This document shows, piece after piece, positions 53,491 through 64,000 of a stretch of DNA of 64,000 nucleotides. The notes under the pieces were generated by a model. The model was not told the DNA's origin and did no database searches. It saw only the letters and a list, made by a program, of their open reading frames with translations. The DNA is taken from positions 82,026,001-82,090,000 of the forward strand of contig OX597816.1 in assembly GCA_951406725.2 (NCBI GenBank), written 5' to 3'. Each line of letters starts with the position of its first letter. The first letter of the stretch is position 1. Position numbers and translations under genes: made by a program. Origin of the DNA: Octopus vulgaris (lineage: Eukaryota).

Positions 53491-55006
53491 TCTAATAAGA
53501 ATATCGTACTACACCTACTAATAACTAATTATAAGTATGTACATACATATATACATGCATGTGTGTATGTATAGTATGTATATGTATGCATACATGGGTG
53601 TGTATGTATATATGTAAATGTATATATATATATATACTAGCTGAAGGTGACCCGCTCTACGCGCGGGTAAGAGTGTGGGTGTTACTTTCTGTTGCTTCCT
53701 TTCAGCACGTAAAAAGCACCATCCGAACGTGGCCGATTGCAGCACCGCCTTGACTTGCTTCTGTGCCGGTGGCACGTAAAAAGCACCAACCGATCGTTGC
53801 CACTGCGAGCCCCCTGGCACCAGTGCCGGCGGCACGAAAAAAGCACTCACTACACTCACAGAGTGGTTGGCGTTAGGAAGATCATCCACCTGTAGAAACA
53901 CTGCCAGATCAGACTGGAGCCTGGTGCAACCTCCTGGCTTCCGAGACCCCGGTCACACTGCCCAACCCGTGCTAGCACGGAAAACGGACGTTAAATGATG
54001 ATGATGATGATGATTCTCCCTCTTTGTTTCTCTCTCCTTTCTCTCTCACTTTCCCACTCTCTTACTTTCGTTTCTCTCGGACTCTCCCTCGCTTTCTCTT
54101 ACTCTCTATCTTTATCTATCTCTCTCCCATTTATAAACAACAGAAGAACTTGAGTAAGTTGAGAAATAAAATATTTAGAAAGATCAATCAGAAATATGAG
54201 GCAGTGGCAATGGAAAGGTCTGCTTCAAGGCAGACAGCAAAACGCTAACATTTAAAAGGGACAGACGAACTTGCGAGCTCAATAAAAATAATAAAATATT
54301 GGAAACCAAAGTTTGAAGGGATAGAATCTGAGGATAGTAGAGTTACCATGGCTGGCATTTGTTAACGACAGACAGCAACGTAGTGACAGTTTAACGGCTG
54401 GCGTAAAATTTTGAACTTAATGTAAAAGAAAATTCGTAAACACCAAGTTTTTAAGTGATTCTTTCTCACGACAGTAGACTCACCATGGCAAGCATTCAAA
54501 ACTTCTTTATCATGGACGGCAAAAACATTGACGATTAAAAGGCTGGCGCAAATTTTTTAGCTTGATGTAACAGAGAATTCCTAAACACCCACTCCTAGAA
54601 ATTTTAATCCCCTTCCAGCCCCATTTAGACCCCTTTTCACATTTTGGTTAATATAACCCGATTTCATTCGGGTCTACTGGGGCCACATTTTATAAGATGA
54701 TGAATTTTGTCCTAGAGGTGACGCCTTTCATTTGAGGAACAAAATAGTTGTCATGCAAACTTGTCAGCACCTTTAACATAGGTGTGCATATTTTCAGCTG
54801 AATCAACCGACTACGTAATGCACACATTATATATATATATGTATATATATATATATGTGTGTGTGTGTGCACGCATTATATATACAAATGTATACAAATG
54901 AGATATATATCTGTATAAATTAAATTAGAGATAAAACCACTAATAGGCAAATCAAACAGTGAAAAAACAAAAACATAAAAAAAGAAAATATAACATAGAA
55001 AATATA

Positions 55007-55523
55007 TCTATATATATAAAACTGTAGTTGTGTGAGTGTCTGTCCCCTTCGATTTAGATTCCTAACTACTCGCACATTTTGCGGTGCAGTTTAACCAAAT
55101 TCGGGTATCTTATAGTCGTGATTCATATCGAGCCCGTCTGGCTATTAGCGCGCGTCTACGATGAGTCGACGATTTTAAAAATAATTTAACATCATTTTTT
55201 ATTCCATTTTAATGCATAATTTTTCGTGTGTCGATGGCGGCGGAGTTGGCGTCCACGCTCACATCTGCACCTGTTTGCTTCTCCCTCGTGAAGCTGTGGG
55301 GAAGGGAGTGTAAGGAAATCAACGTCGTAAAGCGTTGTCAAGGAGACCAGCGTTCTTTTAGAACAACGACTTCATGGCTTGAAGACATTGAATCAACGAT
55401 TTAAAAAAAAAATTACCATCACTTTTTATTCCATTTTTAATGCATTTTTTGCTATAACTCTCTAAAAATGCATATATAGTTATTTCCCTTACAAACCCGA
55501 GCAACGCCGGGCGATACTGCTAG
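55007..55523 (+). mobile_element. Nested non-autonomous Helitron
   Basis: TCTATATATATAAA ... cccgagcaacgccggg cgatactg CTAG. Confidence 0.85.
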
Positions 55524-56022
55524 TCTTTATATATAAAAGTAAGGTTGTGTGTCTGTCTCCTACGATTTAGATTCCTAACCACTCCCACATTTTGCGGTGC
55601 AGTGTAACCAAAACCGGGTATCTTATAGTCGTGATTCATATCGAGCCCTTCTGGGTATTAGCGCGCGTCTACGATGAGTCTACGATTTAAAAAAAAATTT
55701 ACCATCATTTTTTATTCCATTTTAATGCATTTTTTGCTATTATATAAGGGAAGTAACTCTCTAAAAATGTCTACGATGAGTCAACGATTAAAAAAAAATT
55801 ACCATCATTTTTTATTCCATTTTAATGCATTTTTCGCTATTATATAAGGGAAGTAACTCTCTAAAAATGTCTACGATGAGTCAACGATTTAAAAAAAAAT
55901 TACTATCATTTTTTATTCCATTTTTAATGCATTTTTTGCTATTCTTTTTGCTATAACTCACTAAAAATGCTTATATAGTTATTTCCCTTACAAACCCGAG
56001 CAACGCCGGGCGATACTGCTAG
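55524..56022 (+). mobile_element. Second nested Helitron, head-to-tail with the previous one, with internal ~100-bp tandem repeats
   Basis: CTAG|TCTTTATATATAAA junction; identical 3' hairpin and CTAG. Confidence 0.85.
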
Positions 56023-56867
56023 TAAAATATAAAATTGAAAACTTTAAATTATTTAAATTGAAAATAAAAATTATTAAATTATATTTATAATTTGTTTAAA
56101 AATATATATAACTATGAAAAAGTATGAAAAAGTTTAATATACATAAATACAGATATATACACTTTGTATATATACATTATATATACATATTTATATATAG
56201 AACACACACATACATTATATATACATATTTATATATAGAACACACACACACATACATTATATATACATATTTATATATAGAACACACACACACACATACA
56301 TTATATATACATATTTATATATAGAACACACACACACACACACACATACATTATATATACATATTTATATATAGAACACACACACACACACACATACATT
56401 ATATATACATATTTATATATATAAAACACACACACACACACACATATAAATGAACGCAAGAATATCTGATTCATAATATTTGTTCTCATGCTCGTGTGTT
56501 GTTTGTTGGTGACAGACATATACTTAAAAGAACGTCGCCGAAGTGATAGGAAGGTAGGAAACAGAGTCAGTGAAAAAGAAAGGAAATAGCGATAGTGACA
56601 GATACTTTAAATAACCGTAGTGGACTTCTGAAAGTTATGAAGAGGAGTAAGAGAGGGAAAGGAGGAAATAGGGTGAGTGAGGAAGATGGCCCCTAGCAAC
56701 CACACCTTTTAAGATAGGGATTTCTAAGGTAGCCCACGCGCATCGTCACCTCATTCTACATGTCCCTGTAAATTTTGGAGCGAATCGGACGGGATGAGTG
56801 GCATTGAAAGCGAACCAAGCGGTAAAAACGCATTTCAGTTTTATATATATAGATTTTATATATAGAG

Positions 56868-56930
<63 letters not shown>

Positions 56931-57003
56931 GTATATGTGTGTGTATGTATGTATGTATGTATATATATTTATATATGCATAAATCAGCCCTATGAACTTG
57001 TTG

Positions 57004-57074
<71 letters not shown>

Positions 57075-57789
57075 CACATTATGTTTATATATGTATGCTT
57101 GTATATATGTAATATCACGTAATAGTTTCACTTTTAACAGTTCACTATTAGTGACAGTATTAAAAGTGAAGCTATTATCTCACATTACAATTGAGATGTT
57201 ATTGTTTCACTTTTGACACGTAATACCGAAACAGTCTGAGTAACTGTTCCCGGCTCGCATTAAGCAAGAAGTTTAAAATGTTTTTGGCCGATGATTCAGA
57301 CATTCACATTACAACCACTCAGTTTCAGGTTCGATCCTCGTGCGGGGCATCTTGAGCAATTGTCATTATCTATAACCTCAGATCAATCTATACCTTGTGA
57401 GTGAAAATGGGTTGATGGAAACTGCATAGAAGCCTGGCTCCGCCTGCAAAATAAGGTTATGGGTGCTCTTGTCTGTAAAATGCTTATCCACTTGCACGCT
57501 AGTTCACAATTCATTGGTCAAACGGAGGATATTACAGAAGACACAGAAAGTATTTAACTATTGAATCGAACTCTGAATTACATGATTGGAAAGCGGATGT
57601 TTGAGCCATAATAGGTGTGCTTGTGGCCACACAACTCTAAATGTAGTAGAAAACCTTCAGATGTTAGATAAAAAGGTCATTTATGATAAATACATTTTTT
57701 GTTCCATATTTATTTATTTATATTTCTATCACTTCTATCAATATATTCAAGATTTGGGTTTTTCCAACGCAAAATTATTTATCTAAAGA

Positions 57790-58640
57790 TCATCCGCTCT
57801 TTGTTGACATTGACAATAATTGTCAAGTACTGCATTAAGGTCAGTCGATTATATCTTATTCTGAAGATTCGTAGATCCTGTTTCTTGCATTCAGCTCTGT
57901 CTTGAGTATTGTCCTTACCCTGCTATAACATTCTCTTCTGATCCTTTCCCTCATCACTGAATGTTTGATCCCGTCCCCTTCAAATACCCCTAGGTATTTG
58001 GAGCTCTCCGCTGGTTCTATTCCTTTATGACATTCTGCTGGTCAAGATTAACGTTAGATGTTTCTGTCATTTTTCCTTTCATAAAGGTAGCTTTTGCACA
58101 TTTATCGAGGCCAAATTGCATTCTGATGTCATCACTGAATTGTTTAACAATCGCTAGTAAGCGCTGTAGTTGTTGGTCATTTTTTGCAAAGTTTTATATC
58201 GTCCGTGTAAATGAGATGATTTATATTTTTATCAAACATTTTACAGCTGTATTGTACATCCTCGAGCAATTTCAAAAGAGGCATTAAAGCTAGACAAAAG
58301 AGGAGTATTGGTAGAGAGTCAACACCCCTGGAAAATTCCACATGAAATTTTTACATCTCCAGTATTGAGAAATTCATTGTTACTGTTCAAAGTTAGTGTG
58401 GTTCTCCATGATCTCATATTTACAGACAAGAAGTTTCGCAGAGTGGGTGCTATTTTATACATTTCCAGACATTTCTTTATCCAGCTATGCGGTAGACTAT
58501 CAAAAGCGTATTTATAGTCTATCCAGGCTATCGACAAGATTTTGTGTCGTTTGTGACAATCTTCTAAGATCATCTTATTGATGAGTAGCTGATCTTTACA
58601 ACCATAGGAGCCACGTTTACATCCTTTTTGCTCTATAGGT
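57790..58640 (-). mobile_element. R4/Dong-clade RT fragment
   Basis: [40 protein letters not shown]; one end matches 38300-38590. Confidence 0.85.
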
Positions 58641-58786
58641 ATATTTAGTCAAGATAGATGTTAGCATTGTTGTTAAGCAGGTTATGGGTCTATAACTTTT
58701 TGGTTCATTTATTACTTCACTTTTTGACATCTTGGCATCCTGTTACTTATATATATATATACTTATATATATATATATATATATAC

Positions 58787-59003
58787 TCTTTTACTCTTTT
58801 ACTCTTTTACTTGTTTCAGTCATTTGACTGCGGCCATGCTGGTGCACTGCCTTTAGTCGAGCAACTCGACCCCGGGACTTATTCTTTGTAAGCCCAGTAC
58901 TTATTCCATCGTCACTTAGCGAACCGCTAAGTGACGGGGACATAAACACACCAGCATCGGTTGTCAAGCGATGTTGGGGGGACAAACACAGACATACAAG
59001 CAT

Positions 59004-59092
<89 letters not shown>

Positions 59093-59253
59093 CGCAGGAG
59101 TGGCTGTGTGGTAAGTAGCTTGTTTACCAACCACATGGCTCCGGGTTCCGTCCCACTGCATGGCACTTTGGGCAAGTGTCTTCTACTATAGCCTCGGGAC
59201 GACCAAAGCCTTGTGAGTGGATTTGGTAGACGGAAACTGAAAGAAGCCCGTCG
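58787..59253. mobile_element. SINE family B with tail on - strand and head on + strand
   Basis: 58787-59010 is the tail (-) and 59091-59253 is the head (+); the head is bounded by (TA)n on both sides. Confidence 0.8.
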
Positions 59254-59257
59254 TATA

Positions 59258-59366
<109 letters not shown>

Positions 59367-59861
59367 CTTCAGCTACATATGCAGCTCACGAAAAACCAAT
59401 ATTTAGTCTAGGGTGTTTATCACTATTCTCTAAAATAAAACATTCGACTACTTGTTTTCTTCTATATTTCCATAGCAATACAATTATTTAAAGCTTCTAT
59501 TGAAATACTTGAACTGGAAGGCACTCCGGTTACGTTTACAAACGTGATGAACACTTCAACCTCCCCAAGCTACCAAACTATTACACGTCATATAAAGTCA
59601 TTGGTAAGTTTTTATGTATTATCTTTTAATCGTTTATTTTGTCATTTTCTCCAAACATGTAATCTATTTTAGTACGATCTGAAAACAACAAGAAAAATAA
59701 ACCTCTAGGTATAAGTCGATCTCCAAGAAATAGCAGTCAAATGTCCTTTAAACTTGACACTTACCCCAACTAGCTTTGCACTGACCTGGTGTCACGAATA
59801 CAACCATCTGGATGCTGAATTTATCTATCTATCTGTCTATCTGCATGTATGTGTGTGTATG

Positions 59862-59966
<105 letters not shown>

Positions 59967-60419
59967 ATAAGGAAGAATGCTAAATTGAAAGTACATTTTA
60001 ATAAAAATGGATGTATGAAAAATTAAAAACGAAAAAAGAAATCAAAACGGCTTTCATTGCAAGGCAAATTTTCAAGATTTGGAAGGGGAAAAATATTTAC
60101 AAAAAGAAATTTACTATGTTTTTTTCAAAAAAAATAATAATACAAATATACAAAAATTAATAAATAAGTATATCAATACATTGTAGAGTCTTTATGCTTT
60201 TAGAGTTCAATATTAGTCCTCGGAAAAACTTCTTTGGAGGGTTAGGATGCATGTGTTTAAGTGTAGTGTTTTGTTTGAAAAACTTGGGTGTTTGTGTGTC
60301 AAAACAGGAAATGGTGTGGGAGTTATCCAGTTCCTGTGAATAAGGGGAGACAATTCTGCAGATTTTATACTCTTTAATTGGAATGCTGGATTTTTTGTCA
60401 AACAGGGTGCTTATATCAA

Positions 60420-61495
60420 TTTTTTGTCAGACAGGATGCTAGAAAAAGGAATATGGTCACCGTGGAGTTTGCATATTAAGAAACGTTTGGAATTTTTCAA
60501 TAAAAATATTCTCCTTGTTGATTCTTTCTTGTGTAGAGATTCTGTCTTTACATTGATAGAAAGGGAATATATGAAATTTGGGATTTTTATTTCTAGTGCA
60601 AGAGTCTATGTGGCTATTGAGTGTAATTTGACGGTATTGTGGGAGATTTATCTGTTCTTTCTGGACTGCTACTCTTCTGCGTAAAGGAAGGCTCGTTTGT
60701 CCAGCATAATTGTGTTGGCAACCGGCGCATGTAAGAACGTAGATGAGGTTCTCGGAGGAACAGAAGTTGGTCTTGATTTTAAACTTTGTTCCTTGTTTGA
60801 AAGTAAATTCAGAGCCTTCAAGTAGGAAGGGGCAGGTACTACAGTTAGGGCGTGCACATTTTTTAACTGATGGGGTGGATGTGGGGTGTGAAGTTTGGTA
60901 TTTGTTAAGAGTTTTTTCAAAGATTTATGTTTCCTTTTGCATTTAAGGATTTTATGGACAGGAAGGGGAGGTTTTGTATGATTGTGGTGTATGCTTCGAT
61001 GTTTTGGGGGTTGTGGGTGAAAATGTAAGGAAGTATTTTGAGGTTGGGTGTGTTACTGTGCTGGGTGGTTTTCAGTGTATTATTGTCGAGTTCTTTGGCA
61101 CGTTTTATTCCATAGTCTATGAGTGTGGGGGATATTGGCGTTGTAATAATGTTTTTTTGAGGTCTTGAAGGCGTATATCTCGAGTTTTTGGATTCGAGAC
61201 AATGGTGCATATCCTTTTAGCTAAGTTGAAGTGGATATTTATCTTGGTGTGTTTTGGGTGGCATGAACTGAAGAGGGTTGTAGGTTTGTGGTAGATGTCT
61301 GTTATGATTTGGTTGTTAGGTGTTTTTATTATTGGGAGATCAAAGAAAGGGAGATGATGTTTGCTGAATTCCATAGTGAATTGAATGTTGGGATGTATGT
61401 TGTTCAGTGTGGTTTTGAATTCCAGAAGCTTTTCATAAGATTCTTTCCATAATATGAAACAATCATCTAGGTATCTTTTCCAGTTTTCCATTAAG
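60420..61495 (-). mobile_element. Decayed Penelope-like element (RT C-terminal half plus GIY-YIG)
   Basis: WKRYLDDCFILW..LNNIHPNIQFTME..LPFFDL..TDIYHKPT..SCHPKHTK; downstream NLIYVLTCAGCQHNYAGQT. Confidence 0.85.
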
Positions 61496-61867
61496 TAGAT
61501 ATATAGACATATACATATATATATGGTATGTATGTATGCATGTATGTATGTATGTATGTATGTATATATATACTATGTGTGTGTGTGTTTGTATGTGTAC
61601 TGTTTACAGTTACGTTATAGGTGGTATCAGCAAAAAATGTACACCATCCAGTGAGAAATAAATATCATTGAATATACACAGTTTACAAGAGAGCTATTAC
61701 TAATTTCATACTTTAGAGATACAATACTTTGGTAGATTTATATAACATGACATGTATCTCCAAGCAGAGAAAACATGAGAAAACACGAGAAGAAAACATG
61801 CGAGGAAGATTGATGCAAAAGTGGAACGAGAAGAAAGAAAAGGAAAGGAAGAAAACCAAGATCTTCG

Positions 61868-63247
61868 GGTTAATATAGGGCGTTACGATTATCAGAAAAT
61901 CAAAAAAAAAATGTGTGTAATAGGTGTAAAACAACGTCCTATGAACGAATATGAAAAACAAAATTCGCGCACGCGAAAGGGGTGGTGGGGGAGAGGCCTC
62001 GGAAAATTCACATCGGGAAGTTCCGAAAGCGTCTGAGGGGCTGACCCGGGCACCAAAAAAAAAAAAATAGTGTAATATGTGTAAAACAACTTGCTCTAAA
62101 CGAATATGAAAAAAAAAGGTGGGGGAGAAAGAGGGGTGGGGGAGAGGCTTCGGAAAATTTATATCGGGAATTTCCGAAAGCGTCTGAACCGGGCACAAAA
62201 ACAAAAACAAAAACAGCGTTAATATTCACATTCATGTGCACAGTTAAACACACTTACATACAAACAGTCACGCATGCATAATACAGAACGGAACACATAA
62301 ATGAAGGATGCATTACTTAGTATATATTACATCTAGAGAATTTTGATTAATAAGTCAAATATGCAAATTATAAAGATAATTAATTGCTTTACTAAACAGT
62401 GTTGTAAAGGTGAAAAAATAAATTTGGGAAAAAAATACACGCCAAAACTAATTAATAAAGGATAATTAGGGAAGGATTGACACAAAATAATTATTTTTTC
62501 TGTCTCTTTTTTCTGATAAATGCATCTTAATAAGTGAGAAGAATTGCATATATCTGAACTATTTCAAAGAAAAGCATAAATTTAATGTTTAAAATAGCTT
62601 TAACCAAGGAATGAGATCCAACATTTCTTCACTTTTTCCAGAATTTCTTCTCTTTATTATTTTTTTTTTTTTTGCGAAATATGTACAAAAATACGGAGTT
62701 TATGATTCATGTGTGGGTGTGTGTTCTTGATACTCGTTTAGAACAAGTAGTTTTACACCAATTACACTATTTTTTCTTAGTTTAAAGGCCGTGGACTGAA
62801 GATGTGAAATTTCCGAAGCCTCTCCCCCACCCCCCTTTCGCGAGCGCGAATTTTTTTTTTCATAGTCGTTTATAGCAAGTTGTTTTACACCTATTACGCT
62901 GTTTTTATTTTTGTTTTTGTGCCCGGTTCAGACGCTTTCGGAAATTCCCGATATAAATTTTCCGAAGCCTCTCCCCCACCCCTCTTTCTCCCCCACCCTT
63001 TTTTTTCACATTCGTTTAGAGCAAGTTGTTTTACACATATTACACTATTTTTTTTTTGTTTTGGTGCCCGGGTCAGCCCCTCAGACGCTTTCGGAACTTC
63101 CCGATGTGAATTTTCCGAGGCCTCTCCCCCACCCCCTTTCGCGTGCGCGAATTTTTTTTTTCATATTCGTTCATAGGAAGTTGTTTTACACCTATTACAC
63201 ACATTTTTTTTTTGATTTTCTGATAATCGTAACGCCCTATATTAACC
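61868..63247. mobile_element. Non-autonomous DNA transposon with ~350-bp TIRs, Merlin-like
   Basis: GGTTAATATAGGGCGTTACG... termini; 8-bp TSD gatcttcg at 61860-61867 and 63248-63255; subterminal tandem repeats. Confidence 0.85.
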
Positions 63248-63719
63248 GATCTTCGTCCTCTTTGTCTGTAGAATCAATTGATTTACTGGTGCAGAATAAT
63301 ATAACAGGGAGGAAGCCAAAGTCTGTGAGATAACTACTCAGTCCGGAACGAGTGATAACCTCCAGTTCGGTAAAGAAACTTGTCTATGTGCTTGCATTTG
63401 CTAAAAATTTCGGATCTGGAATTAAGTAGTGTAGTGGAAATCTTGGACCTAAAAAAAGACTGTATGATCTTTCAGCAGCATATAAGTTGCATCTTTTTGA
63501 TCCACTTATATATGATGTAAATTTCTTCACGATTCCCTACTTGATTTTATGTGGTATTCAACTGGTCTTTAGATCCCATACATGGCTAGTTAACTTAGTG
63601 GTTTTATTTTTATCTGAAAGAAGACAAGTATTTTGCATGACGACTATTGAAAATGTTTTCGCATAAATCGACGTAATTTTTCTAAACTATATCGTCTTGG
63701 AGCACAGTTGTAAGTTCGG

Positions 63720-64000
63720 CTACTGTTAAAGTTAGCTATAGTTACCTCCCCCAATATAGGGTCAATAATACTCAATCACAATAAATATAAATACACCAGA
63801 AACACCCTTGAAAGACAATACAACTGTAGATCCCCAAACCGCTGCCCTTTAAACGGCTATCTCGAGAAAATTTCGTATAGAAGACCAAGACCACAGACCC
63901 CAATGGAGTAGCAAAGACGTATAATTCTAAGACAGGTAACTCATTCAAGGAAAGGTATACGCAACATCTGGTACTATTCAGAGACAAAAAATAAAAATAC
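63720..64000 (+). mobile_element. PLE linker/GIY-YIG fragment running off the window
   Basis: TVKVSYSYLP.NIGSIILNHN..NCRSPNRCPLNG...TGNSFKERYTQH. Confidence 0.7.

Larger units (their letters stand above)
53637..56853 (-). mobile_element. Non-autonomous Helitron-like composite, copy 2
   Basis: Same ends and SINE-like cargo as 45076-48357. Confidence 0.75.

Noticed and set aside
55665-55940. Regularly spaced repeats resembling CRISPR (also 56170-56450 and 62700-63200)
   Set aside because: Whole-unit tandem repeats without unique spacers, inside eukaryotic transposons
63271-63333. Possible exon after tttgtctgtag
   Set aside because: Short frame ending in a stop, no domain similarity and no convincing donor

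Overview
AT-rich, microsatellite-saturated eukaryotic genomic DNA. The SINE, LINE and microsatellite landscape looks like an octopus or other cephalopod; this is inferred and not proven here. The window lies inside one large + strand gene. I reconstructed 8 GT-AG exons in a continuous frame (about 1,658 codons, open at both ends) encoding Ser/Thr mucin tract - SEA domain with GSVVV motif - two more mucin tracts - three calcium-binding EGF repeats. The introns contain tRNA-derived SINEs, LINE fragments (Tx1, RTE, CR1, R4/Dong), Penelope-like (PLE) fragments, decayed mariners, hAT- and Merlin-type non-autonomous elements, nested Helitrons and a 40-nt U2 retrocopy. The main unannotated signal is 11 hammerhead-ribozyme motifs read by eye. 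Most are minimal type I motifs with a palindromic stem III and sit in short PLE-LTR or retrozyme-like modules embedded in (TA)n or other microsatellites. They include a head-to-head pair, a 360-bp tandem unit with a U3-A8 core variant, and intact copies on the host sense strand. Most short ORFs in the supplied track are microsatellite translations.
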